Origin: Haplodiscus bocki
Taxonomy: Eukaryota
Reading direction: 5' to 3'
NCBI GenBank assembly: GCA_965655095.1
Contig: OZ296656.1
Location: forward strand, 1,798,001 to 1,862,000
Length of the DNA stretch: 64,000 nt
The stretch's first letter is position 1. Every line of letters starts with the position of its first letter. The notes under the pieces are model-generated. The model did not search any database. It worked only from the letters and a program-made list of their open reading frames with translations, and was not told the DNA's origin. Made by a program: the position numbers and the translations under genes. Shown piece by piece: positions 1 to 13,200 of the stretch.

Positions 1-2
1 AC

Positions 3-3000
3 ATTGACGTTAACACGTTGTTGCCGAAGGTCAAAGACCCTCTAATTGCCGGGAAGCATCACTATCCGACTGTGTCTAACGAGCATTTCTCGCCAACCAA
101 TGCAGCTTTGTTTGCACTGACTCAATCAAGCACTAACGTTCAAATTTGCGACGATTACACGGCACCCCGTTACGTTGCGAAGTATGCAGCGGGCATTGAA
201 TCTCGAGCAGCAGCCACAATTGTTGCAGGTCAGACAGAGAACAGTGTAAAGGTTCTGACAGAACCGATAGAACATGAGAAGATAGCAGGTGTTCGAGCTT
301 GTTTGAAAAATTTGCGTCAGGAAGAGAAACGACAATCAGTAAAAGGTCGCATTGTCAGTATTACTGAATGTCTTTGGTGGTGCTTACAACTTCCTTACGT
401 CTGCACAAATGTTGACTTTGTACATGTGCCTACAGTTCCCAAAGAATATCGTTCAGGAATTGTAATTGAGAAACGTTTTCACAAGTCTCCGAATTTCAGC
501 GCCACTTTCACTGATGGAATCCGTGTGCGAAAAGAATTATTGGAACTCCCAAAACTTCGACAATTTACAAAAAGTCAAACCCTCCTCCTTGCAGATGTTG
601 AAAACAGTTTCATTTCTCCTGACAAGGTAACTGTTTTTGGACTGAGGCCGCCGGAACTTTTGTTCGTATCGCAGTTAAAAGACTATTACAGCTGGTTTGT
701 GCGCTGGAAACCCAGAAGAACAAACTGCCTTAGCAATCACGAGAAGTTCTTGAAAAAAGGTTTACGTAAAAGCTGCTGGGTTGATGCACTTGGATATTTG
801 GTTAAACTGCGCCCATCTGCTGTTAACTCTTTCGTAAGTCTCTGTCAAGAAAAGTTTGGTGAAGAACGGAATCAGATCTTGAAACGCGAAATGAGGAAAC
901 ACATTGTTCCCATTCTTGAAAACAAGAACAGTTCTCAGTTCGTTGCTCATTGGAAAAACTTGTCAGAAGAAGAGGCCGTTGTTGTTTTAGCAACAGTCTA
1001 CCGAATAACCCAACAAAGTTTTTACTTCATCTGTTACTGACCGTCGGGAAACTTGACACTGAGTTGGACATCTTGAACGTCCAAACTTTCAAAGAAGCTT
1101 TCATAAAAGCGGGTATTTTGCTAAACTCAACCGTCACTGATGGCGAAGTGAAAGAAATAGCTAAGAAGTATTTGCTGGAACAGCTTCGCTTCACTCCAGG
1201 GTCATCTAAATTGATTGACACTTACTTGGTAATGGCCCATAGTGTCATATCGGAGGCACTGTTGATAAACAATCTCTTTTTTGCTGCTGCTTTACCACCT
1301 GTTCTCGACAAAAGCGTCCTGGAGGAATGCGAAGAAACAGTCACAATTCAACTGGCTATGGAAAAGTGTAAAATGATAGCTTTCCTTCAGACATGTCAGA
1401 CTGAATTACCTGCAGAGCAAACGATGATCGACGCCACTTTCAATACTCCAGTGCCTTGGAAGCCACTTTTACAGAAGAGCCCGGATCAAAGTAAAAACTC
1501 ATATTTAGAGCAACGTCAAGTTTTGGACGAACTCATTAATTCAATAGACATGTATAAACGAGGACATTGCACTTTCATAAGACATCAGATTGTTTTCGGT
1601 CCACCAGGATGCGGCAAAACTTTTGTGATGCTGAAATCTCTTGCTTACGCCTTATGTCAAGGATAGCATTGTGTGGTGACATCCATAGCAGCTGAAAGAT
1701 CTGCTGCTTTAGCTGGAAAACATCTGAATGCTTTGATACCATTTCCAGTTGAAAAATGTTGCTCTGCAGAATCACTTTCGAAGAAGGCTCTGTCCAATTT
1801 ACAACGATCTCCTATCAAAAGCCGAGTTTTACAGCACTTAGACGTAATTTTCGTTGAAGAACTTTCGATGATATCTAGCGAGCTTTGGGCAGCGACAGAT
1901 CATGTTTTGCAAGTTGTCACAGCAAATTATGTTCCTTTCGGCGGAAAACTCGTTGTCGCAACTGGTGACTTCTTTCAACTTCCTCCGCCCTCTGGATCTT
2001 ACTTGATGAGTTCCTCTTTTCCTTTAACAACCTTTGCTTTCCACAATTTGAAAAATTTTGTCCGAATGCGGAACAAGAACGGCCAGGAACTGTTATCATT
2101 GTTATCAGCAACGCCTAAAACAGATGCCAATGCAGAAAAAATTTGGAAAATTATGGAGAAAGATTGCACTTTTGTACAATCGTGGAACGACGTGCCGAAC
2201 GATAGAATTCGAATTTTTGCTACTAGACAAGCGGAACGGAAAGCAACCGAGAATAAAATCACTGAAGTTAAATGCAGCAGAGCACAATACTTTGAAAGTG
2301 CGTCCATCGACGAAATGTGCGTTTCGAGCACCGACAACTGGAGTGAGGCGTCTGCAACAGCGTCGAAGTTCCTGAACAAAAAGTGCCTTGAGCCCCAATC
2401 ACTTTTTCTATACCCCGGTGCTATTATGCGATTAACTGTCAACAAACCATCCTTATCAGCATATCAAGGTCAATTTTGCGTCCTCCTGACTTTGGATACC
2501 ATTGAAAATGGTACCCTAACAGTTGCTCTTGCTCCAGCTGGTTGCAGAAATATCCCGCCACTCTCTGTGATCAGAAACAGTTGGAGGTGTGTTGTTATTG
2601 GCAAGGAAACTGGTGTAGCCTTCCGATTAAACCATAAAACAGTGTGCAGGAGGATACAGTATCCGTTAAAGCTTTTTGTTGCGTCCACCATTCACAAGAC
2701 CATGGGCGAAACTCTGCCGATGGTGGCGACGCAAATAGTGGGGTCACGAGATTTTGCTTTGTGGCTTCCTGAGCAGTTGTATGTGGTTATGAGCAGGGTA
2801 CGGAGTTTGAACCATGTCACTTTTGTGGGCACGAAGGAGGAGAATAGAAGAGCAGTTTTAGACTTAGTCCGCAAAAAATCACAGTGGGCTGAGCTGACTA
2901 ATGAAATTCTGACAAAAAGTTCTGCGCGCGATCCCACAGTTTATCATGCCAAAGCATCGCCTTTTCCGCCATCAACTCGTGACCTACCTACCCAAAACTT

Positions 3001-3382
3001 GGGTTTCTGTTACTTGCTGCAGAGTGTCCCACAAAGTCAGCTGTTGTACATTGGCTCCACTATGTCCTTGGTGCGTCGTCTGAGGGAACACAATTCTGTG
3101 TTAGGTTCTAAGTTCACAAAAATTACAAATCGGTTGCCCTGGAAAGTTTGTGCCTATGTAACTGGGTTCAATTTAACCAATGCGTCTCATAGAGTCCGCG
3201 TATTTGAGAAAGAATGGCTGGATGCAGCATCGAACTACGTTAATCTCAAAAAGAAAAATGTATCACTCTTCACAGCCATCAATTTAGGTGAAGACATCGC
3301 AAAAACTTGGCCGCACAAAGAAGACGGTTTGAAACTTATTGTATGTAGTGGTGAACCCACTGCCTGTTTAAAGCCATGGTGA
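3..3382 (+). pseudogene. Rep-PIF1 helicase-GIY-YIG polyprotein, C-terminal part, disrupted
   Basis: Track ORFs 18-1040, 950-1666 and 1673-3382 are colinear with the intact U2 protein (RYVAKY, GPPGCGKT, GDFFQLPP, TIHKTMGETL, LYIGST). Frameshift near 985-990 and in-frame TAG at 1664-1666. Confidence 0.9.
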
Positions 3383-4206
3383 TCGCAATATCCATTCTGA
3401 CAAAACTGTTGAAACCATTTTCTGTTATGCACAATGTTTCTGCGTACGCGTTGGATCCCAACTGCTTCGACTGCATAGTGAAGCGTTGACAGAGTTCTCT
3501 TCCAATCTTTTGTATATATTTGCATCGACTGCACAGTGTTGCGAATTTCAGCATAGGACTACTGACGAAAAATTTTCGGCTCGACTGACTGCTACGGCTG
3601 TAGATTGTCGCATTTTGAAATGTCAGCTGGTATTGCCCCTTCTGTGCCCTCGATAATATGCACCAGATGAACAGTTTAGAATTTTTGTTCCTGTAGTTAG
3701 TTCAGCATTTTTGATTAGTTGAATTTTCTTGCTTTGTGTAGCTTTGAGTACGTATTAAACTTCAGTTGTGGAACATCTGCAATGAAAATATATTTTATTA
3801 ACCTTAACTTTCTACAAGTTCTGTGGACGGAAAAAACCGATTTAATAACGGTGTATTCGAATGCATTGCTCACCTTTTTTTCTATGGCCTTAAATGTTAC
3901 TGATCGACAAAGCGTGATGCGTTGAACCGTAAGATGACTGTAATTGTAACATGACATTTTTATAATTGAACTTAATGATGAAGAAGTCTTGAGAACTCTG
4001 AATAATTGATGAATTGTCATGCTTTTTTTTGAAAAACAGGTTGCTTTACTTGAAGCAGTAGCGCTATTTCATTGTATTAATTGCTTGAAACCGAAAATAC
4101 TTGCCTGTTGACTGTAAGGAACCTTAACGGAAATTGCGTTCACAGAATCTTTAAAAAAATTAAAAAGCATGGTTTTGAATACTCCAATTGTTCAGTTCTC
4201 AGGCAT

Positions 4207-5154
4207 ACGTTCGTCAGAGGTATCGTTGTAGTTATTAAGAAAAATGACAAACCCTTGCAGTTGTTTAGACCGCAGAATATCAAAAACAAGAGAGGTGCCC
4301 TCGATACCAGCTATGATCGATTAGTCATACTAGGCGAGATCAGTTCGAAAGAATGCTTTGCTGTGATTGCGGAGTCTACACAGAAAAGCTATTTTTTGTT
4401 CGGGGACACTCTGTTAACAGTAGGGTCAATTGTGGACGTCAAAGAACCTGTGTTCTCCAACTCTTGTCGCGGCAATGATCGCAGTAATCCCATTTTCCAT
4501 GTCTTTCTTCCTTTGGAAGTCGTGATTAACAATATTCCATTGTTGCCAATTCCCATAGATCTCCATTCATCAACGACAGCAATGTTTCACTTTTGCTTGC
4601 CAAACAGACCCCTCACCTTCTTACAAGCAAGTGCTGTGGCTCCAACTTGCTCAGGCTTCATGTGTGACAGACGAGAAAATCGAATTGACTCTGTATGCCC
4701 CTGTATACAGAAATCTCCTGTTTCCGCTTGGGTAATGTGCGCCCGAATTATCAGTCGTGACATCGAAAATGAAGACGAAGACTCCCTCACGGGAGAAATA
4801 TTACACAGTCTTAACCTGACAAAAATGTTTTGCAGCGAAGCTATTATTAGAACTTCATATGCATCAATCAATTCACAACAACTGCGGAATGCTGTTAACC
4901 AGGTGTCCCAATTTGTAAATGAGAATGGAGGGTGGCAGGTACGTGGATTTTACAAAACTGGATCCACAGACGAAAATCTTGCACAAAACGTACAACGTGC
5001 CCGCATTTGCGAAATTACGCCTGCCGTTGAAGTGCCTTTTAACTTGAAGTACAACATTGTGCCATGCAACGCCAATATTGGCAATGAACCCTCAGCTTTG
5101 CAGCATGCGAATGCTAACGTCGGTGCTCCTAACAATCCGAACGACGTACGATAG
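4207..5154 (+). pseudogene. ORF3 (unknown, possible OB-fold/Zn protein), start codon deleted
   Basis: Near-identical to 38101-39111 from TFVRGIV onward. About 88 bp, including the ATG (38075-38162 in U3), is missing at ctcaggca|tacgttcg. The track start at 4081 is a TTG in sequence that is upstream non-coding in other copies. Confidence 0.8.
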
Positions 5155-6199
5155 GTGATCTAGACCTACTCTTCAGAGGACCGTTCTTTCTCCACCGCGT
5201 GAACTGCTTGCAGGTTTTCAAAACCAACATCTCCTTTCGCAATCGACCGCAAGGTGGTTGCTGAAAAAAACATGCACAAAGTAACAGGTTTCGGAAAAAA
5301 AAATTAATGTTGTCCTCGTTCTTTCATACCAAAGTTTGTTCTCCTGCTTTTTTCAATCTTGAAACCTATGCTTCTATTCTCTTGTTTATGATAAAGTTTA
5401 ACTTTCCAGTACTTATCAGTACCTAAAGGTTAATTGTTGGTTTTTGTAGAACTGTGAACACTAATGTCAAATTAGTTGTTGTTGAACAATGGAAATTAGT
5501 TTGCAACTGCCGACGACTTCTCTCTGTAAACTTATGTCTTTCAGTAGCTTAGAACATTGTGCTAATTCGTGTTGCTTTTGAATGTGGATTGTTGATTCGT
5601 GTAGAAGTTGTGAACTTTTCATTTTATGCAATGAACTTCTTTCTTGTTATGTTAAACATTACTATCCGTTCATCACCGAACGTTTTGAACTTTGAAACGA
5701 TGTCTTGCTCTTTTATCGGGCTCAGTGCACTCTCTCAGTTTGTTGCTTGACGTTTGATACAGTGAACGCTTTGTAAAACAGGGAAAAGGAAAAGAAGCAG
5801 AAAGTGTTGTAATTTTCTCCAACAGAAGAATGGGAACAAACTTTTATACGAAATTTTAGAGAAGTTTTATTCTGAAGTCTATACAGGTTCATTTGCTTCA
5901 TTTAGGTTGTTTTCACAAAGTAACAGCTGGGAACCTACTGCCTACAAATTGACAACAATGGTGCGAAACTTTTTGAGAAAGTTAAAACACTTTCGCGGGT
6001 GAAATTTTGATTCGTTCGGAAAAAAATTCTGTTTTCCTTCCCAGAAACTCATCAAACTTGAATTTGTTTGTTAAAGGAACAGCTGCTTTCAAAACATAGC
6101 AAGCTAAATTTTCCTGCCGACGTTCGCTATGCGCCTGTTTAAGTGTCATAATCAAATTCTACGGCAAATTTTGATTTTTTGTGATTTTTATTTTTTTTT

Positions 6200-6819
6200 C
6201 GAAAAATTCGTCATAACCGTCATTTGTTTCGGCACTTTGGCCAAAAATTTTTTATCGTCAAAAAATTATCTTTCAAGTTATGGAGTCAATTTCACAATGG
6301 AGCCGCTCCAGAGCGCAAACTATGTACTTCAATGTGGGAGCTATGACGAAATGATCGATTTTCGGCATTTTTTTCCAACTTTGATCCGTCATACCTCCAC
6401 ACCTATGACGAGTTGGCAGAAAATTTTTCGCATGCGTATAGGTCACAGTTTATGTGCTTCACACAAAAAGTTTCGGCCAAATGCATGTGGTTACTTGCAA
6501 GGCTGTCGATTAAAAACTGCAAAAAAGGGCCAAAAAACAGAATCATCCCGTCATAATTCCTCAACCATTTTTGCTAGAATGATCTAACCCGCACCATTGT
6601 TCTTAGAATTGTAAAGTATGCCTGCATACAAAGTTTGAACCAAATCGTATGGGTGGGAGCTGATATCGCTATTTCTACACCCCCGTTTCCACAGATGTAA
6701 AACACTAACTACTAAAACGGCTCGGCAAAGGGGCCCCTCCCCCGCCTCGCAAAGGCCTGATATGGGGCAAAAACCCCTGACCACCCAGTGGAGGCAACGG
6801 TGCAATTTACTAGAGGGCG
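6200..6819 (+). repeat. Conserved ~610-bp terminal block, copy 1
   Basis: Starts TCGTCATAACCGTCAT; ends GGGCCCCTCCCCCGCCTCG...GACCACCCAGTGGAGGC...GGCG; five copies in the window. Confidence 0.9.
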
Positions 6820-7169
6820 GGATTTTTTCCATCCAACTTTCTTTTTCTGCATCAATTCTGGTGATTGGTCTGCAATTCTAAATTAAATTGTTGTTGTTAT
6901 AAACTGGAAACTGTGGTTTGTTCTTTTTTACGAATCCTTTCTCCAGGCTCAAGATTAGCTCGCACAACGCAGATTCAACTGCTTTGTGCACGGTTTGTTT
7001 CACACCGTAAATGTAGCTATGTTCTGCAAAACCTATGAAAGTTTCTTTTTTCTTTTGAAATTCGTGACAGCAGCAACGAAGGATGGCAAACGTACTTTCC
7101 GATCGACTTTTTCCCGAAGTCAGCTCACAACGGTGAAGTAACAAATTCTCCATTTTATCAGCTGCAGAA

Positions 7170-7660
7170 TTAAACTATAACTACACAGACCTACCCCTGA
7201 CCGGCTTCCATATCAATGGACGTCTTCAGTGGAGCTCCTTTCCATTCATTGAATCCAGATTTTTTGAAGAAATCATTTGTTTGCGCAATGAGATGTTCCC
7301 GAAGCATTTTTTGCTGTTTCTGGTTGCCTTTCTTTGTGCTTCAGAGGAACAAAATAGGTGTTATGTGCTATTGCAAATCAGTTTAATTTTTTTGAAACAT
7401 GAAATTGTACATTTAGGAGTTCTGTACTAGAAAAATTCAACAATAGGAAGTTCTGCGCCAAAACCTTTCATCCAATATGTAACTATAATATTCATATCTC
7501 GTCCAAAACATATATAGACCGTTTCATGCTTCCGGAAAATAACCAGATGAGAAAAAGTTACTGGCCACATTCATCATTGAATTGAGACAGTTGTTTTCAT
7601 CAAATTATCGTAAACCAAGTATTATGACAACATGATGACCAACTTGATGACGGATCAGTA
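7170..7660 (-). pseudogene. Decayed tyrosine-recombinase-like catalytic domain (type A 5' region)
   Basis: Manual minus-strand translation across stops and frameshifts: LIRHQVGHHVVIILGL (7658-7611), KHET (HET 7528-7520), LRK (7288-7280), GQ (7202-7197) with TAA nine codons later. The U6 homologue has GH...Y at the same spacing. Confidence 0.45.
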
Positions 7661-10022
7661 CTATGAAGTCGATTGAATATGTACCTTTCATTTATCAAGT
7701 CGTAAAAGTGGTATTTTCATTCTCTACATTTTCAGCTTTTGTCAACATAAAACTTGGTTAATGGAAGCACTTTTAACAATATCTGAAGGTTACGTGTACA
7801 GTTAAAACGCTGCCCCTTCACTCTTGATGTCTTTTTTGAGTGTTTCCGGTTTTAAAGACTTTTTTTCTTTTACATACTGTTCAAAAGTGGTCGCGTTTTT
7901 CACAACCACTTTTATCGGAGTTTTTCGAAAGATCATATTTGATTGGTTCTGACGCATAGATATCGGAGTTTTACACTTTTTCAAATTAACTTTGAAATGT
8001 TGTGTGAAAAAATCTTGTCGTTGTCAGAAAAAATTATCCGCGAACGAGCGATTTATGGGTGTGTTTTATTCCAAGAAGTCTTGACGAAGTTAGTTTTTGG
8101 ATAGTGAATTTTTATATCAAATCATAAATTCTTTAAGGTCAGCTCCACATTGCCAATTTCTCATCCCTCATTGGAACCCTCTGAAGTAGACAGTTTTGGT
8201 ATGTGATTCGATCGTTTGAACTCTTCATCCTGTGAATCCTGACTCACTGAAGTCTCAACTGATAATGGTCGACATCTTTTGATCGCTGTCGATAAATTGT
8301 GCTATTTGTTTCGGGTGATTTACTTTACTGACGTTTTTTTGGACGAACAATGCTGGATAATGCTTGTAGAATCGTTGACTGACTACTAAGTATTGTTCCA
8401 AAATTTCCAATTTACAAGGGGAACTCCACTGTTATCAGCGTACATGAATTGTTATTGTGTTTGATGGAGCATGAGACGCGGGAAAAATTTGAAAAGTATA
8501 CAACATAATCGTAACTTTAAAATCATCCCGATTGATGCCAAAGATGATTGCCGTTGAACGAACAGTGTCAACGGGCTCCTCAAAGCTGAGCGTGTCAATG
8601 GTTTTGCTCCGGAAGAGAAATTGTTTCCATTTATTTTTTACCCGTCTACTGCCTAGAAGCTACAAAGTGTTTACGTGCAAGTTCGCAGACTCACATTACC
8701 TATAGTTTTCTAACAAACTTGACAGTTTGTGCTTCATTTCATCGTGTTTTTACTGATATTGAAAGTTCTTCATGTTTGTGTTGCCTGTGGGTTTCGTTCT
8801 TTTTTCCATGTGTTCAACCATTCAATCGGATTTACCATTTTTGGAAGGAAATTCAGGACCGAATGATCAAAACTGAGATCATATTATCGTTAGTTTTGAC
8901 CACAAAAAATTTGTTTTCCCAACGAAACTGTTTGGATTCGCACGTGTTTTGTAGAGATGTTAGCGAAAAAACATTGCGTGTGGAAAAAAATTATTGACGA
9001 AAACTACTGCTTGAACGTTCATAGCAAACTGTGTGTTATCTTTGGCGTTGAAGTACCACGCGTCTGACTGTGCATCAACTTTGAGACGCACTTGTAAGCA
9101 AACGATTTCTCATTTTGTTCTTTAATTGTTCAAATGAAACTTTGACGAGTTAAAAGTGTAATCATGATTTTTCGCGGGGAGAAGACTGCCCCTCCTTTTT
9201 CTTGTTTCAAAGTTTCAAAAATCCAATCTCTTCTGTCCGATCATGAAATTGAATTTTTTATTTTTAGCAAGTTACATAATCGCCGTCGATATTATAGATC
9301 TAAATTTTATTGATCAACCGCTGCTGCAAGCATTTGTTTTGTCAGCTGACTCACTTGGTTCTGACAGCTTCCATAACCTCCGTTCCATGGAATGATTTTG
9401 GATGCCAGGGTTTTCTGAAGAGAGTGACAGGATTGTGAGAATCTTTCAATCATAGTTACCTAAGTTGTTAGGTTTTTGGGTTTTTTACAGGAAGATTTTT
9501 TTTCCGGAGGGAATTTTCACCTGTTGTCAGACTTCAGTCATAAACTATAGGGCGTAATTTCAGTTTGCCTGATTTAGTAGTTGGCTCTGGGAAAAACTTT
9601 ATTTTTACTCCCTTTCTTTCCTGCTCATTTTTCATGATATGTTATTTTAAGTTAACTAAAGTGATAAAGTGCGCATTTTCTCAAACAGCTTAGGGAATTC
9701 GTATAGGTCGCCTCAACACTCATGCGTTCTCAATTGATTTTTCCAACTCAACATTCTTGGCTTTTAAGAACGATTGTGATGGGCAATGTAGTCTGATCCC
9801 CTCACAATTGGGCAAAAAAAATTGGGAATTAAGCGAACTCGCCGTGTACACAATACTAATTGACGGCAATCCGTAACATCGAGATATGTTCCACTTGTAT
9901 GGGTGAACGGAAAAAAAGTTCATGCATACGATTTTTAAACACGATACAAGAGTCGCAATTAACACTAATTACAACGCCGCCTCTCCGAGTAAAAACCTGT
10001 TTGTTTTCTTTCTCTGATAATT

Positions 10023-10060
10023 GCCTTGGTTTTGCTTCGTTACCTGCGCAAAACCAAGGC
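10023..10060. other. Conserved inverted repeat GCCTTGGTTTTGC-N12-GCAAAACCAAGGC
   Basis: Perfect 13-bp arms (10023-10035, 10048-10060), ~200 bp upstream of the polyprotein ATG. Confidence 0.9.
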
Positions 10061-10256
10061 CCACATTGCATATGTTTTTCTGGATACTGATTTCCGAATT
10101 AATTAGATGCTTCCCTTAATTGAACAGTTTGAAAGCCGAGCAAAACGATGTCATTTTGTACGTTGGTTCTATAATGGCGCCAACTCTTTACAATGTATTC
10201 ACTATTAAAGATGAGTGATTGATAAACTTTTGCGCGAATTTGCTTGTGAAAGAGTA

Positions 10257-13200
10257 ATGCCATCTGGTAAGAGTGATTTTAAAAGACGTCGCTGTGCAAA
10301 ATGTGGACGCTTCAGTGAACGTAATCACTCCTGTCCAAATAACACTGACAATGTTTCTTCTACTAGCGAACCATTAGGAATTTTGTACAGCATACCTGAC
10401 AGTAATTTGCTGGTCTCCTCTGTTGATACCCTGCACTTAGAATCAACGTTGGAAGCGATGGGACTGTCCTGTTCCCCAACAAGCGGCATAATTGTGAATA
10501 AAACTAACATTCGCCTCAGTTCTGTTCAGCCCTCGCAGAGTCTTTCTATAACGGGTGATGGTAATTGTCTTTTCACTGCTCTGGGCGTAGCCGTCGGTTT
10601 ATCTCATGAAAGTGGTCATGATTTGAGGAAACTTATTGTGAGTAACATGGACTCGGTGACTTTTCCGGAAAACAGTTTGCAAACCTCAATCTATTCCGCT
10701 GAGTTCCCCAACCAGAACAAACTTCTCACCAGCCCAACTGTCAACCACTACCTGAAGACATCGCGAATGGCAGAAAATGGAGTTTTTGGCACTTGTGTGG
10801 AAATTTATACCTTTTGTCAAATTTTTAAATTGGACGTTTATGTATACCACAGTATTTTGAAAAGTTGGCTCGTTTACAAATGCGACTGCTCAAATGACAG
10901 ACAAGGAGTTTTCATTCAACAAACGCGAACCGGAGATCACTTTGAGGTAATTAGTGGCTTGACCGAAACATACCACACTTCATTACTCCTATCAGAAGAT
11001 TTTGCTGGTTCGAGTAGTCAATGTGGAAATTCAGCAATGAATACTCAATGCCCCGGAATCCAGAAGACAGCACTTGCAGCACTTGATGAAACTGAGCCCT
11101 TGCAGAAGCGCAGACGGACTTCAGATTATCCAGTCGCCAATTATTTGATCGAGAATGGAGAAATTAAAACAACTTTGACAACTTTTTGTTTGGCCGAAGC
11201 TCTTTGTGCTGGAGGAAATACTACAACGCAAAGTAAAGGCCCTCCTCCAACTGCTCTGCAACATCGACAACATCAATTTCACAGATTGCCTGGGGACGAG
11301 TTAACTGATGAGATTTTTTTGAAATTAACTGAAAACTTTGTACCATCATCGAAACTACCTGAAGAATCAACCGTTGAAATTGAGTCAAAATTGGTTGTGA
11401 CAGATACCGTCAATGGCGCTGACATTTGTTGCAAGTGCATGCGGGAAGCCACGGTTTATTTTCCACTGGACATTAAGGCCTACAGCAATGCTGGATTGGT
11501 TAATAGAAAGTTCGGTAGGAAGCTGAAAAACGAAGTTGTACATCTGTGTTGTTCCTGTTACAGCTATTGTACTGCACCAAAGGTTGACTGGCAAATGGCT
11601 TGGCCAGCTGTTTTTTTCACGCTCCTTTCTGATACTTCCAAGACAGAAGCTTGTTTAGTCGCTATTTGCTCGTTGTTACCGCTGGAAATAAGGCAACATT
11701 GGCTGGGGGTAATAACCCTTTTCCCTATCTGCATCCAGTGTGTTTTAAATCGGCCGCGTATTCTTGGCACATGTACTGTTGATGGAACACGGAGATTGGA
11801 ACGTTTCGAGCAATTAATGAAAACAATGAGACAAAAAGAAATGGCTGAAGCTTTGGACTCTGAACCGTATCCAAACATACGTTGCCCTTTTGGTTGTTGG
11901 ACGTTTATCGAAGATCCCGGGTACATACCAGCACAGCATTTTATAAACTTGATAGACAGAACTTTCACATCATTCCAAGCGTCTGCATTCAAGAAACTCA
12001 GAGGCGCTAGACTCGACTTCCTGTGTCCTTTGATGTGCTTAGAGACGTTTCTAGTGGCTGCCACAGTGCGGTTACATGAGAAAGAAGGTTTGGTTGTGCA
12101 AACTTGTTCTGCGCATGACAGGGGATGTGCGTTACAGTTCTTGCATCCCCCCAGGCATCCGGAGCTGGGACGAATTCCAACTTTGTTTGAGGAACGATTA
12201 GCTATTGCATCACCTTCATTGTCGTGTGTGAGTAGCTTAAAGGCTAATTATGCTAGCCACACCTACCAACTGTTTCGGAGCGTTGGGTCTTATAGTGGTA
12301 TGAGTACTGTTTCGTTGAGACGTAAACGGCGTTGGAACATCACTAGCAATCGTTTGTTCCAAGCTGAAAGAACCGCCACGTTTTTCAGGTCAGATATTCC
12401 CATTTTAATTAGACAATGGGTTGTTCAAGGTAAAGTGATTGAAGATGTCGCCACTGATCTCTCTCAATATCAGCCGAAAAATGAAAAATTGATGGAGCAT
12501 GTCGGCGTAGATCTTGACACCTGCATTCGATTGACGAAGGTGATGGACAAAAACGAACAAGAACTTTTGAGTAATGTGAAATTTCTACAGTGCTACGCTT
12601 TGGCTCAACCAAACAATGAACATGGTTGCTCACCTCCTCCTCTGATCAATGATACTGGAGATACACTCTGGTTTCTTCAAGCGGCATGCTGCATATCTCC
12701 AATTTTATGTTCATCCATGGTGTCTGGCGTTAATCACGTTTTGGCAAAAAATATGTTTTCACTGTTGCGTCATACATTTGCTCGGTTTGGAAAAGAAAGC
12801 AAGTTGCAGCGTATTTCAGAAGCTCAAGCTGACATTGACAGTATATTGAATAACGCGGCAACTAACAATGACAACCCAATCCTAATTTCAAACTTTTTGC
12901 AGGCGGGTGGCGTGGTGTTGCACGCATTATGTGCTGACTTATGCCATCTGCAGTTGAGCCAAAGAATAGAATTGACTGAGAAAATTCTGCGCGACGTAAA
13001 AGTGGATACGAAACACGTGATTGCTACAACAACTGATGTAAACAATCTGAGGAACAAGGTCAACCCACCTCTCAACATCGTCCTATTTGATGTCCAATTT
13101 GAGCTTGTGGGATGTGGTTGCGGTTCTCGGGGTACAGATGCTGTAATTTTGCTTCGGCATGGTGGTCGCTTCTGCAATTTTTGGCGTATACTCAAAGCTA

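Larger units (their letters stand above)
1..6819 (+). mobile_element. Unit U1 (5'-truncated by window) of Helitron-like Rep-helicase element array
   Basis: Contains the C-terminal half of the Rep-helicase-GIY-YIG gene, ORF3 and the conserved terminal block ending ...TTACTAGAGGGCG at 6819; lacks the SGNH gene. Confidence 0.85.

Noticed and set aside
3467-3600. CRISPR-like array from the repeated TCGACTGCA motif
   Set aside because: Only 14-bp motifs, few per cluster, irregularly spaced, no cas genes, eukaryotic context.
6129-6587. ORFs in the terminal block (also 57151-57486, 58138-58440)
   Set aside because: Starts, stops and lengths differ among copies, no equivalent ORF is called in the U2 or U3 copies, and there are no protein motifs.
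6808-6825. CTAG near the unit end as a canonical Helitron 3' terminus
   Set aside because: Three of five copies have CCAG, similarity continues six more bases to GGCG, and the next unit does not start with TC at an A|T site.
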